The notes beneath the pieces are model-generated. The model did no database searches and was not told the DNA's origin. It saw only the letters and a list, made by a program, of their open reading frames with translations. Below are positions 40,270-50,077 of a DNA stretch of 64,000 nucleotides, piece by piece (position 1 is the stretch's first letter; each line of letters begins with the position of its first letter). The position numbers and the translations under genes were made by a program. Origin of the DNA: Actinomycetota bacterium (lineage in GTDB: Bacteria; Actinomycetota; Aquicultoria; Subteraquimicrobiales; Subteraquimicrobiaceae); the NCBI GenBank assembly GCA_030018275.1, contig JASEGB010000003.1, positions 9,600 through 73,599 on the forward strand, written 5' to 3'.

Positions 40270-41031
40270 ATGGAGAAATTGATCGGCGAGCGAATGAAAG
40301 ATGTCTATGGACTACGGGGGTTGAAAGAAGGGGCTCCGGGTGTAGAAATAATCTTCCACAAGAGGATAGGAGCCCATGACCTCACCGTGGTCAAGGTGAG
40401 AAGTTATCAAGAATTTTTGAAATGGATTGCTGATTTTCTCAAAGATAAGAAGATCAAACACGAGGTTGATTCACCGAGGTTGCGCGAATTAATCTCAATA
40501 TATTTGGAGCAGGGACTAAATTTCTTTGTCTTTGACCTCATAACGGTTGATCCGGAGCCACGGAGTATAAAGCCCTTAATATACAAATTTAAGAGCGACT
40601 CTCTTTATTATCCATTGGAGATTTCCTCCCTTGCTTCGGGCAATACTAGACTCTCGCTGTTCATCATCACCAAAGATAAATTAGACTCTTCGTCCCTTGA
40701 GAAAGTTCGATTGTATCCCGGTCTAACCCCTCCCTTTCGCGTGGGGGAAGACGAGCTCAGAAAGATCAGTCCAGAGGTCTCCCGGTTGTTTAATGGTTAT
40801 GCTTGGCTTACTCCTGCCCATTACATCGGTCCGATTCAATTTTTGAGCGGAGATTTGCAGATACCCATAAAATCGAGGATTGAAGATAGGGGCATTGAGC
40901 GGTTGATGCCTATAGTCTTGGCGATTTTCGTGGCGATGTTTAGCTGTATTTTAGCTTGCCTTCTTATTTTGCTGAGGTTACAAAGAAGAATTGTTGAACT
41001 GGAGGAAAAGCTTCGGAAAGGAAATCAGTGA
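40270..41031 (+). CDS. hypothetical protein with a C-terminal TM anchor
   Basis: 253 aa with a C-terminal hydrophobic helix (LMPIVLAIFVAMFSCILACLLILL); overlaps the next gene's start. Confidence 0.4.
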   Translation: MEKLIGERMKDVYGLRGLKEGAPGVEIIFHKRIGAHDLTVVKVRSYQEFLKWIADFLKDKKIKHEVDSPRLRELISIYLEQGLNFFVFDLITVDPEPRSIKPLIYKFKSDSLYYPLEISSLASGNTRLSLFIITKDKLDSSSLEKVRLYPGLTPPFRVGEDELRKISPEVSRLFNGYAWLTPAHYIGPIQFLSGDLQIPIKSRIEDRGIERLMPIVLAIFVAMFSCILACLLILLRLQRRIVELEEKLRKGNQ

Positions 41032-41507
41032 TGGAATATCTTTTCAGACCGTGGAGGATGAAATATATCATGAGCGAGAAAGCCAAAGGTTGCATCTTTT
41101 GTGATAAACCTAAGGAAAACAGGGATAAAGAGAACTACATCCTTTACAGGGCTAAAACCTGCTTCATTATGCTAAATATCTATCCCTACAACAGTGGTCA
41201 TCTTATGATCGCTCCCTACAAGCACATTCCGGATTTGGAAGGACTGGAGGATCACGAGCTCTCAGAGTTGATGCTGGTCACAAGGAAGAGCATCCAAATC
41301 CTCACCAAGGCGATAAAGCCCGATGGGTTCAATATCGGCATGAATCTGGGAAGAGTGGCGGGTGCAGGTGTAGAGGAGCACATCCACATTCATATGGTCC
41401 CAAGATGGAACGGGGACACGAATTTCATGCCTACGATTGGGGATACCAAAATCATCCCCGAACTCCTGGATGCCACATACGAAAAACTCAAACAAGCCTT
41501 AAAATAA
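41028..41507 (+). CDS. HIT-family hydrolase
   Basis: Histidine triad HIHIHMVPR. Confidence 0.65.
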   Translation: MMEYLFRPWRMKYIMSEKAKGCIFCDKPKENRDKENYILYRAKTCFIMLNIYPYNSGHLMIAPYKHIPDLEGLEDHELSELMLVTRKSIQILTKAIKPDGFNIGMNLGRVAGAGVEEHIHIHMVPRWNGDTNFMPTIGDTKIIPELLDATYEKLKQALK

Positions 41508-41728
41508 GCCACCTCCACAATCTTCAGGTGGACATGCTCGTTTTCCATCGATGCATGTTGAGTAATTGATATTTTTATTTCGATGAAGGATCTTTTCCAA
41601 TTTTACTCTATGGTCCCAATTATCGTGTGTAATCGATAAGCAGGGGATAAACAAAATTGTGATTATTAAAATGTTGACAATCATGTACATTTAGGGTGTA
41701 CTTTAAGATGTGACAAAGGAGTGGTCTC

Positions 41729-42025
41729 ATGAGTAAAATTATAGGGGTTACCGAAGCTCGCTCAAAATTAAGGAAGATTCTCGATGAGATTTCGAAAAAA
41801 AGAGAGCCTTACATATTAACGAGGGGAAGCAAACCCGAGGCAGTTATAATTCCATATGAGGAGTATCTGGCAATTGAGGAGCGAACAAAAAAACTCTGGA
41901 ATGAGCGTTTTGAGCTAGCTCTTAGGAAGTCTCGCGCGCTCTTTAACGAGTGGTTGCGCAAGAAGGGTTACGATCCAGAAAAGCTGACAGAGGAAGAGGT
42001 AGAAAGGATAATTCGAAGTGCCTGA
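41729..42025 (+). CDS. type II antitoxin, Phd/YefM family
   Basis: MSKIIGVTEARSKLRKILDEI...PEAVIIPYEEY pattern; 98 aa. Confidence 0.7.
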   Translation: MSKIIGVTEARSKLRKILDEISKKREPYILTRGSKPEAVIIPYEEYLAIEERTKKLWNERFELALRKSRALFNEWLRKKGYDPEKLTEEEVERIIRSA

Positions 42026-42428
42026 GGAGCCGCGGGTTGTCCTCGACACTAACGTTTTTGTCTCCGGCATTCTCTTTGGTGGATTATCGGGTGAGATTAT
42101 TGAATTGTGGCGGGAAGGGGCTTTCAATCTCATCATCTCTCCTGAAACTTTGGCTGAGCTCATTGGAAAGCTAAAGTTTAAATTTGGCCTGCCCAGTGAA
42201 CTTGCCAATGAGTGGCAAGATCTTTTAAGCGAGCGTAGTATCCCCGTTATCCCCGAATACACCACTAAAATCTGTCGCGATCCCGAGGACGATAAGTTCA
42301 TCGACGTGGCTTTGGCAGCTAAGGCTGATTACTTGGTTACAGGAGATAAGGACTTGCTCGTGCTTAAAAACTATCGCGGGGTGAAGATTTTAAAGCCAAA
42401 AGAATTCCTGGCGTTGATGAGAAAATAG
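42018..42428 (+). CDS. PIN-domain toxin (VapC-like)
   Basis: VVLDTNVF N-terminus with acidic PIN residues; 8-nt overlap with the antitoxin. Confidence 0.7.
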   Translation: MPEEPRVVLDTNVFVSGILFGGLSGEIIELWREGAFNLIISPETLAELIGKLKFKFGLPSELANEWQDLLSERSIPVIPEYTTKICRDPEDDKFIDVALAAKADYLVTGDKDLLVLKNYRGVKILKPKEFLALMRK

Positions 42429-42456
42429 ACCATCTGAGCATTTCGTCTTCTTTTTT

Positions 42457-42620
42457 TATGCTGTTAACCATCCACCATCAACAACTACTGTATGTCCCGT
42501 GATGTATTCGCTCTCATCACTTGCTAAAAAGGCGACTGCGTTTGCAATATCATTGGGTTTATATTCACAAAGCCCCCTTTGTCGCACAATAGATATTTTA
42601 CAAGGAGGGCGTTTAATTAT
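42457..42620 (-). pseudogene. short-chain dehydrogenase/reductase (SDR) C-terminal fragment
   Basis: The minus strand encodes ...[34 protein letters not shown], a canonical SDR C-terminus; the upstream part of the gene is absent. Confidence 0.5.
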
Positions 42621-42635
42621 GGCATCATTAGTGAG

Positions 42636-42797
42636 CTAGGAATCATCTGCATGGCTTGGCTTTTTGAAGTTCATATATAAAACATCAGCCTCTTTATCGT
42701 ATGCTGTCCAAATCCTTGAATATGGGACTTTCAATAACTCAGGCACAATCCATATTCTCTCAATTCCTCTTGCAAATATTAAGATTGCTCATAGGCA
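42636..42797 (-). pseudogene. DUF2283-like small protein fragment
   Basis: The minus strand encodes ...IWTAYDKEADVLYMNFKKPSHADDS*, resembling the DUF2283 N-terminal motif, with no ATG start. Confidence 0.3.
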
Positions 42798-42819
42798 TGA
42801 CGCCACGATAGGCAAAATG

Positions 42820-42910
42820 GAGCGCCAGCGAGATTTTGCCTAACGTGTTGAGCGTATCTGAAGTCCAGCCATTAGGCTGGAGTTAGGCGAAGGTGTGAAG
42901 CATCGTAGCC
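42820..42910. repeat. island intergenic repeat R1 (GTTAGGCGA / GGCGAAG motifs)
   Basis: ttgcctaacg, gagttaggcgaagg and ctgttaggcgacgtggcgaa are shared with 47461-47560, 48495-48620 and 51885-51920. Confidence 0.5.
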
Positions 42911-42922
42911 AAATACGCTCTG

Positions 42923-43441
42923 TTAGGCGACGTGGCGAATTATTTCAAGAATATCTTTTACAAGGTTAGGTAATATCATCTTTAGTGTCGAAGATAATTC
43001 CATAGAGGGAAATAGATTCGCCGGTTGAATGGCGAAGATTATGACCGTTTCTGGGCATTCACCTAATTTATTGGAGAGCTCAATCATATTTAATAAATCG
43101 TATTCGTGAGTGGACTGCCCTGAACTTCGTTTGATAGATTTTATATTTTCTGGACTAAAACATCGTTTTTCACCTGGCGAGCCCCCAAAATCTACAGCAT
43201 CAACTATTATTGCAGCATCAAGTTCAGTTAGAGCATGAAGTAAATTCAGACTACTCATTCCTATATCAATAATAAAAACATTTTCAGGCAGGGTTTCATT
43301 CTTCAGTAGTGCCAATACAGCAATACCTACACCATCATCACCCATGAGGCTATTCCCTACTCCAATTATACCTATCCTCTTTGGTTTCTTTGACCTCGAC
43401 CTCGAAAGGGAATCACTGCTGCTACTTACAGCTACTTTCAT
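42923..43441 (-). CDS. hydrogenase maturation endopeptidase (HycI/HyaD family)
   Basis: IGIIGVGNSLMGDDGVGIAV motif; its ATG overlaps the large-subunit stop (ATGA). Confidence 0.65.
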   Translation of the reverse strand: MKVAVSSSSDSLSRSRSKKPKRIGIIGVGNSLMGDDGVGIAVLALLKNETLPENVFIIDIGMSSLNLLHALTELDAAIIVDAVDFGGSPGEKRCFSPENIKSIKRSSGQSTHEYDLLNMIELSNKLGECPETVIIFAIQPANLFPSMELSSTLKMILPNLVKDILEIIRHVA

Positions 43442-44733
43442 ACAAATCGTACCTGTAAATAATGGGTAGAACACGATATGCAAGGATCATATGCCCTAAC
43501 AAGCATCTCCAATTTATGTTCAATTTCATTTCTAGGTTGATCCAGAAGAGTCGGGGCAAAGGCTTCCATATCTTTTTGTATATTTTCGTGATTTTGATTA
43601 GTCGGTATAATATAATTGGCATTGATGCATTTACCATGTTCGTCGAAGGTATAATCGTGAAATAGTATACCACGGGGAGCTTCAACCACACCTATACCGC
43701 GACCAGCCTTTACTACTATTTCCACTTTTTCTTCTTCTAATCCATTATCAAGCAGCCTTTCAATGATGCAAATAGACTCTTCCAAAGAATGGACAACCTC
43801 TACTAATTGTGCGACATTATTCATGAATGGATTAAAACACGGTACCTTCAAACCAAATCTTTCAGCGACTTCTTTTGCTAAAGCCGTCAACCTTGAACTG
43901 CTAAGGTTACATCTTGCTAAAGCACCAACCATATACGAATCTCTATCGTGCTTTGTATGTTTTGCAGTAGAATGCGGCACCACAAATTCGTTTGTGATCG
44001 ATAGGTAATCCACGAGTTCGTGTTTTCCTGTATCTGTAGAGCCTATCATACCATCGTACAAGGCGTACTCCTCGTCTGATATTAAACCAATATACTCGGT
44101 TTCACGGCTGAAGTCGGGTAATTTATCAACATTAGCCGATACAAACCCAGCGACATCCAATGCTGTTTCAATTGCATTCACGAGTCTTGCTTTGAAATCT
44201 ATTAATTCCTTCTCCTCTGGTAGCTTTGTAAAACCGCCGACAATGAAACAGATAGGATGTGTTGTCCTTCCACAAATTAAATCCGATAATTCATTTCCAA
44301 GACGATGAATGTTAATAATTTTGACCACCGCTTCCTTGTGTATCTCAATAAGTGGGAACACACTTCCAACACCAAATAGGTCCGGTGCTACGAGATATCC
44401 AACATGAAGGATATGACTTTGTATATTCTCGGCATGTTTAGTTAATTTTCTGAGAAGCAACGTTTGGTTTGAAATATTAACGCCCATCGCATTTTCTGTA
44501 GCTTTCAGAGACGCCAATGCGTGAGATATTGAACATATTCCGCAGATTCGAGATGCAATGTGAGAAAGCTCACTATAATCCCTCCCAACCATCATTGCTT
44601 CAAAAAAACGAGGGGCTTCTGGGACTTGCCACTGAACAGACAGGAGCTTTCCGTTCTTTGCATCCAGAACAATGTTTCCATGCCCCTCTACCCGCGTGAT
44701 ATGTTCTAATCGAATTTTCAGTTCTTGACTCAT
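43438..44733 (-). CDS. [NiFe] hydrogenase large (alpha) subunit, group 3b sulfhydrogenase type
   Basis: N-terminal RICGICSISH and C-terminal DPCISCSTH Ni-Fe ligand motifs. Confidence 0.8.
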   Translation of the reverse strand: MSQELKIRLEHITRVEGHGNIVLDAKNGKLLSVQWQVPEAPRFFEAMMVGRDYSELSHIASRICGICSISHALASLKATENAMGVNISNQTLLLRKLTKHAENIQSHILHVGYLVAPDLFGVGSVFPLIEIHKEAVVKIINIHRLGNELSDLICGRTTHPICFIVGGFTKLPEEKELIDFKARLVNAIETALDVAGFVSANVDKLPDFSRETEYIGLISDEEYALYDGMIGSTDTGKHELVDYLSITNEFVVPHSTAKHTKHDRDSYMVGALARCNLSSSRLTALAKEVAERFGLKVPCFNPFMNNVAQLVEVVHSLEESICIIERLLDNGLEEEKVEIVVKAGRGIGVVEAPRGILFHDYTFDEHGKCINANYIIPTNQNHENIQKDMEAFAPTLLDQPRNEIEHKLEMLVRAYDPCISCSTHYLQVRFV

Positions 44734-45476
44734 TTGGATATCACCCCCTTATAGCAAAATAGTTCAAACCGATTTAGCGCATCCTCTACCGTGAGACCAT
44801 ATTTTTGCAGGATCTCTAGTTCGGAATCTAAGTTGGGATCTGCCACCAGCCCCCTGCAACCTTTACACTCGTTCCTGTTTGTTGGGCAGATTGCATCGCA
44901 ACCTGCTCGAGTCACAGGTCCAAGACAGAACTTTCCTTCCTCAAATACACAGATATTTTCGCGCTTTTTGCATTCAACACATACAGGATAATTTGGGATT
45001 TCGGGCTTTTTTCCTAGAGCGAGTGAGGTTATAACTTTTGCAAGTTCATCTCTATTTATCGGGCAGCCTGGAACATAATAATCAACTTTAACTACATCAT
45101 CAACTGATTTCGTTGGGAATACATCAAAGTATGGGTTATTCTTTAGATCTGCACCACCATACACCTTCTTCACTTCATTTATTGGAAAACGATTCCTCAA
45201 TGCATTTATGCCACCGATACAGGCACACGCACCCAGCGGTACGAGGATATTTGCACGGCTACGAATTACTTTCAATCGTTCTTCATCTATGGGTCTGGCA
45301 ATAGAGCCTTCGATAAATGCTATATCATAATCATCTGAATGTTCTTTCATAGCTTCTCTAAACGAAACCACATCAACGATGTCGATTAAATCAATTACCG
45401 ATTCTTCAAGATTTATTACCTGAAGTTGACAGCCTTCACAAGATGCGAAATCAAAAAATGCAACCTTCGGTTTCAT
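44730..45476 (-). CDS. [NiFe] hydrogenase small (delta) subunit
   Basis: FASCEGCQLQ proximal-cluster motif. Confidence 0.7.
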   Translation of the reverse strand: MKPKVAFFDFASCEGCQLQVINLEESVIDLIDIVDVVSFREAMKEHSDDYDIAFIEGSIARPIDEERLKVIRSRANILVPLGACACIGGINALRNRFPINEVKKVYGGADLKNNPYFDVFPTKSVDDVVKVDYYVPGCPINRDELAKVITSLALGKKPEIPNYPVCVECKKRENICVFEEGKFCLGPVTRAGCDAICPTNRNECKGCRGLVADPNLDSELEILQKYGLTVEDALNRFELFCYKGVISK

Positions 45477-46306
45477 TATAATGCCTCCTGTAAATCTTTA
45501 ATCTCAGTATAATTGAACACAGGTCCGTCCTGACATACATAAATACCATTAATCTGACAATGCCCACACTTACCAACACCACATTTCATCCTGCGTTCAA
45601 GCGAAAGTATAATATGGTCATCTGGTAAGTCTCTCTCCTTAAGTGATTTTATGACGAATTTGTACATAATTGGTGGACCACAAACTACTGCATAAGTTGT
45701 ATTAATGTCAAAATCAACTTTTGGAATAAGCGTTGTTATAACTCCTACATTGTAATTCCAATGTTCCCCCTCAGGAACTGCATCAACTGTTAAATGGAGT
45801 TCAGTATCTTTTCGTTGGCCCCAGGCTGTAACCTCATTAGTAAAAAGGAGTTCATGGGGTGCCTTACAACCGTATAAGATCGTTACTTTCCTATAATCCG
45901 CTCTATGCTCGAAGACGTAATTAATTAAGGACCGTAAGGGCACAATTCCAAGCCCACCACATATAAACAAAATATCTTTGTCTTTCAAAAACTCTGTATC
46001 AAAACCAATTCCAAACGGCCCTCTAATACCTACTTTGTCGCCTTTTTTCAGTCTATGCATTGCATTAGTAACATTTCCTACCCTACGCACACAAAGTTCG
46101 AATGTTTGGCTTTGGGTAGGTGACGATGAGACAGATATCGGTGCTTCTCCAATACCCATAATAGAGACTTCTACAAATTGACCAGGTTTATGGCCTAGCG
46201 GGTTTCCATCATCAAGCGTGATTTCAAAGAGATTTTCTAACTCCGTAAATCTATTGATATTTTTTATTGTTGCCGCCCTTGGTAGATATATTGAGTCATT
46301 ATTCAT
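45476..46306 (-). CDS. sulfhydrogenase gamma subunit (FAD/NAD(P)-binding, [2Fe-2S])
   Basis: Ferredoxin-NADP-reductase-like fold with CGVGKCGHCQ. Confidence 0.65.
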   Translation of the reverse strand: MNNDSIYLPRAATIKNINRFTELENLFEITLDDGNPLGHKPGQFVEVSIMGIGEAPISVSSSPTQSQTFELCVRRVGNVTNAMHRLKKGDKVGIRGPFGIGFDTEFLKDKDILFICGGLGIVPLRSLINYVFEHRADYRKVTILYGCKAPHELLFTNEVTAWGQRKDTELHLTVDAVPEGEHWNYNVGVITTLIPKVDFDINTTYAVVCGPPIMYKFVIKSLKERDLPDDHIILSLERRMKCGVGKCGHCQINGIYVCQDGPVFNYTEIKDLQEAL

Positions 46307-47394
46307 TCGATCACCTCCTTTAGCGAGTTAAAGACTTTGCATGGGTCTGCAATATCTGGAAGACAACTTGATGCACATCTCCCACACCCAATACACGCAA
46401 TAAATCCAAATTTATCATAAAGGTATTTTCCTTTTCTCATAAACCTATGCCTGTATCTTGCAGCTCTATCCTTTCTGAAGTTTTCTCCGGTGGCAACCTT
46501 TGCAAAATCCTCAAGCAAGCATCCATCCCAAGTTCGAATCCTTTCGCCAGTCTTCAAATTTAGTTCTGTTATATCCTGTACATCGAAGCAGTAACATGTA
46601 GGACACACAAAATTGCAAGACCCACAAGATAGGCACTTTTGTGCATTTTTCTCCCATAGCTCATTATCATAATTTTCTTCTAAAAGTTTAGGCAGTTCTT
46701 CAGATGAAAAATTGAGTTGCTTTTCGAATTTTGATCCTATTTCTGTTTTGATACGTTGAACTTCTCTCGTAGTATCATTATCCGCTTCTGAGACTTTTGC
46801 ATACTTTTCAATAAGATTTTTTCCTTTTATAGAACCGATTTCTATAGCATATTTATCACCGATATTTGTTAACATAAGATCAAAACCACGATCTGTAGTT
46901 GCTGCTCCCATACTGCCTGAAAATGCATATGACGAAACATTTTGTATATTTGTGCCTATAAGGATTGATGCCTCGCGCTTTCTAATGTAATTATAGTCCG
47001 GATTTGAATCTTTAAACACTTTGTCCATCTGTTCAATCGCAATAAGATCATAAGGATGTATGCCGATAATAATTAAAGGCGTGACTTCATTTACCGCTTG
47101 CACCGAAAATTTGCCTGTAAAATCATATCTTAATAATGTTTCAGTTGGCGGCAAAAAATACTTATTAGGCGACAGCATTGTCACATCATACTCAAGTCGA
47201 AGTTCATCAGCTGAATTTAGCGTATCATATATAAATTTATTCCTTTTAGATTTCACTCCTACAACAGTTCTTGAATCATTCTTTATCAGCGTATTAACAA
47301 AGTTTAAGAAATCATCTTTCTTAACGAGTTTCATACCAAATCCTCCCTTATTCTTATCGTGTTTCGCAGCATCCGCATATTTATCTTCTTGCAT
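46303..47394 (-). CDS. sulfhydrogenase beta subunit (Fe-S; AsrA-like)
   Basis: CLSCGSCNFVCPTCYC and CIGCGRC cysteine clusters. Confidence 0.65.
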   Translation of the reverse strand: MQEDKYADAAKHDKNKGGFGMKLVKKDDFLNFVNTLIKNDSRTVVGVKSKRNKFIYDTLNSADELRLEYDVTMLSPNKYFLPPTETLLRYDFTGKFSVQAVNEVTPLIIIGIHPYDLIAIEQMDKVFKDSNPDYNYIRKREASILIGTNIQNVSSYAFSGSMGAATTDRGFDLMLTNIGDKYAIEIGSIKGKNLIEKYAKVSEADNDTTREVQRIKTEIGSKFEKQLNFSSEELPKLLEENYDNELWEKNAQKCLSCGSCNFVCPTCYCFDVQDITELNLKTGERIRTWDGCLLEDFAKVATGENFRKDRAARYRHRFMRKGKYLYDKFGFIACIGCGRCASSCLPDIADPCKVFNSLKEVIE

Positions 47395-47460
47395 TGTTAT
47401 CTACTCCTTTTATTTTAATTTTTTTGAATCCCTACCATATCTCTCTTTAGCCGTCGAATG

Positions 47461-47560
47461 ATTGATAGCGCCATGTCGCCTAACGTTTTGCGGATAAAAG
47501 AAGTTTTTGCGAAGCGAAAATTTGGGTAAAGGCTAAAAGTCTGAACCTTTTATGCTGTGT
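47461..47560. repeat. island intergenic repeat R2
   Basis: gccatgtcgcctaacg...ggataaaagaagtttttgcgaagcg. Confidence 0.5.
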
Positions 47561-47592
47561 TATACGCCGTGCCGTATACCATATCTTCATAA

Positions 47593-48474
47593 CTATTCTT
47601 CCCCCGATATCTTTGAGATTCTATCAAATTCTTCTCTTAGTTTTTTATACGCTTCATCTAATTCTTCTGCTTTACCTTCCAAATTTTTAAAGTGAGTCCT
47701 ATAAAAAACTCGCCATATTTCATCGATCTCGCCAAATCGTTGTGAAAGCCTAACGAGATTTTTCCTCACTTTTTCTGCATCTTCGGAAAGTTTCTTTGCA
47801 TAAGCACCCGCCTTTATAAGTTCGATTTTATGTGAAAGGGTCAGTGGCGATACTACTTGGACTCCATTTTTTGTATAATCTCGTAGCATTTCGAATGCTT
47901 CATTTACTAAGAAATAGTAAACTCCTTCAGAAGGAATATAAGCAAAAGCAAACTCAGCGGATCCCTTTTCTGGACAAACGTAATCATCGGCAATCTTATT
48001 GAGGTGACCTTGGACATCTCTAAGGAATCGTTTTTTGAATTCTTCTCTTTCGTTGGTTTCTTCTATATTTAACATCTTTCCAAAATTATCCAAAGGAAAC
48101 TTAGAGTCTATGCAAATAATCCCCACCGTTGATCTTATGTTCGCATCTGGAGTCTTTCCATCAAGAGTTCTCTCTCTAATACCATACATATCTTTTGGAA
48201 GTTGGTCTGAAAGTATCGTCTCCAGAGAGAGCTCTCCAAAAGATGCCCTTTCTGTTGGTACTCGAAGCATCTGTTCAAAAGATTTGTAACTGTCTCTAAT
48301 ATCCTTAGCATGGCTTTCCACTGCACCTATTTTTTCATCTAATCCCAGCTTTATCCAACTTCTTGATACAGCAGTTTCAATATCCTTCGGCTCAACTCTT
48401 TTACTTCGTAAAATCAAGAATATCAATGCAAACAGAAGCACAACGATAATTATAAGCAAGATTTCCATTATCAT
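47593..48474 (-). CDS. RmuC-domain protein (short form; N-terminal TM, coiled coil, nuclease-like RmuC domain)
   Basis: PDANIRSTVGIICIDSKFPLDNF and FAFAYIPSEGVYY blocks match RmuC conserved regions. Confidence 0.55.
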   Translation of the reverse strand: MIMEILLIIIVVLLFALIFLILRSKRVEPKDIETAVSRSWIKLGLDEKIGAVESHAKDIRDSYKSFEQMLRVPTERASFGELSLETILSDQLPKDMYGIRERTLDGKTPDANIRSTVGIICIDSKFPLDNFGKMLNIEETNEREEFKKRFLRDVQGHLNKIADDYVCPEKGSAEFAFAYIPSEGVYYFLVNEAFEMLRDYTKNGVQVVSPLTLSHKIELIKAGAYAKKLSEDAEKVRKNLVRLSQRFGEIDEIWRVFYRTHFKNLEGKAEELDEAYKKLREEFDRISKISGEE

Positions 48475-48494
48475 ATCACCTACGTTATTATTTT

Positions 48495-48620
48495 AAGCAT
48501 GGCGTATAACCTTTTGGGGATAAAAGAAGTTGCCAAAGGCATTTGGGCGAAGCGTAGCGAAGCCTTTTATCCGCTGTTAGGCGACCCGAAGGGCGAGCCA
48601 CGATAGTGGCGAAGCGTATC
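48495..48620. repeat. island intergenic repeat R3
   Basis: ggataaaagaagtt, three gcgaagcg copies, ctgttaggcgac and gtatcccgcagcc (the reverse complement of ggctgcgggatac at 51888). Confidence 0.5.
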
Positions 48621-48652
48621 CCGCAGCCACCCCTACATCTCTCTCACCATTG

Positions 48653-50077
48653 TTATCCCGCAGCAATTTCTTTTAATCTTCTTTCAAGCATTTTTATTGC
48701 TTTATCTTCAATTTGGTTGGATTTGTCTCTTTTGTCGTATGCTTCAAAAACAAAATTGCCGATTTTATCTCGTATGTCTTTTGGCGGTACTATGATATTT
48801 ATGTCTTCTAAAAGACTTGTATCTCGCTCTCCAATTTCATCTACCACAGCTCCATAGATTTTTCCCTTAATTTGATATTCCCCATAAGGAGAACTTAAGA
48901 AGGCTGCAATATACCCAGAATGTATTTCTGGTTTTATTATAATCCTCAACACATGTTCACTTGCTGCCCAATCTTCCCAACCACTTCTTACAACTCCTAT
49001 TCTTCCAACCGTGCCAGAACGAGTCATTAGAACCCAATCTTTTTTTATCAATATATTTTTGAGATTTCTAGTTCCACTCCAAAGATATTTAACATCCATG
49101 GGTTTTATCTGTGGAATGTGAGAACCTTGTAAGAATGCGACACCTGAACTCGGGTCATCAACATAAGGGCGTTTAAAGCGGGTTGGGATGAATATTTTAT
49201 CTATCACTTCCCTAAATTTCATATCTTCAAATTCTGATTTTGAGAGGTTTTCTTCGATTTGTTGTAAAATCGGTATATGAGACGATGCATCCAACCGCAA
49301 ATTTAAATCACTTGCCTTAAGTTCAAAGCTTTTAACAATTTTCCCCTTATCTCCTTCAAAATACTCAACATTATCTTCATCTATTTTAGGCAAGCCCAAT
49401 TCTGAATATATCATCTCTTCGGCTTTCAAAAGAAGTTCCTGGGCTTCTTCCCTTAATCGGTGGGCTTTTAAAATTTTTTGGTTTATCTCTTCTTCTAATC
49501 CAGGGATGCGAGGGACTGGTATATCGTAAAGATGATGTGGCAAAATGTGGTCAACCGTAATACCAAATTTAGGAGATTTAATAAGTGCTGAGCCAATCCA
49601 AGTTGATAAGAAAGCGTATAGATAACCTCTTATTTTTTCATCAGTGATTACTCTTATCGGATTCGGAGAAATGATAAACTGCTCCAAATATTTTGTTGCT
49701 ATTGTTACTCTTCCAATAGTGCCTGACTGAGAGATGAGCAAATAGCCATTTTTAACCCGCCATTTGTCAGGTTCTGTTAGCTTTCTTATGTCAACTTTTT
49801 TCCTTGCCTTAGGCAAAAAGAATTCTACCTCGGATTGCGTCAAATATGGCTCACCATAATCTGAAAATGGAATGGTTATTTTTAAAGCAGGCATGTAAAT
49901 GTTTTCAACACCAACTAAACCTGAAAGTTTTACAATTTCAGTTTTTTGCGACGCTTTTTCTAAAATTAGTCGTGCAGCAATCACATCTTGAGAGTAAAAG
50001 GAGGCATTTAATCTAAACTCTCCTTCAGCTACCCAGTGGCTTGGCACCTCAACTGTTTGGATTACTGCATCCATCAT
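48653..50077 (-). CDS. hsdS: restriction-modification specificity subunit (HsdS-like, two target-recognition domains)
   Basis: 474 aa with two repeated TRD halves separated by conserved coiled-coil spacers. Confidence 0.7.
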   Translation of the reverse strand: MMDAVIQTVEVPSHWVAEGEFRLNASFYSQDVIAARLILEKASQKTEIVKLSGLVGVENIYMPALKITIPFSDYGEPYLTQSEVEFFLPKARKKVDIRKLTEPDKWRVKNGYLLISQSGTIGRVTIATKYLEQFIISPNPIRVITDEKIRGYLYAFLSTWIGSALIKSPKFGITVDHILPHHLYDIPVPRIPGLEEEINQKILKAHRLREEAQELLLKAEEMIYSELGLPKIDEDNVEYFEGDKGKIVKSFELKASDLNLRLDASSHIPILQQIEENLSKSEFEDMKFREVIDKIFIPTRFKRPYVDDPSSGVAFLQGSHIPQIKPMDVKYLWSGTRNLKNILIKKDWVLMTRSGTVGRIGVVRSGWEDWAASEHVLRIIIKPEIHSGYIAAFLSSPYGEYQIKGKIYGAVVDEIGERDTSLLEDINIIVPPKDIRDKIGNFVFEAYDKRDKSNQIEDKAIKMLERRLKEIAAG

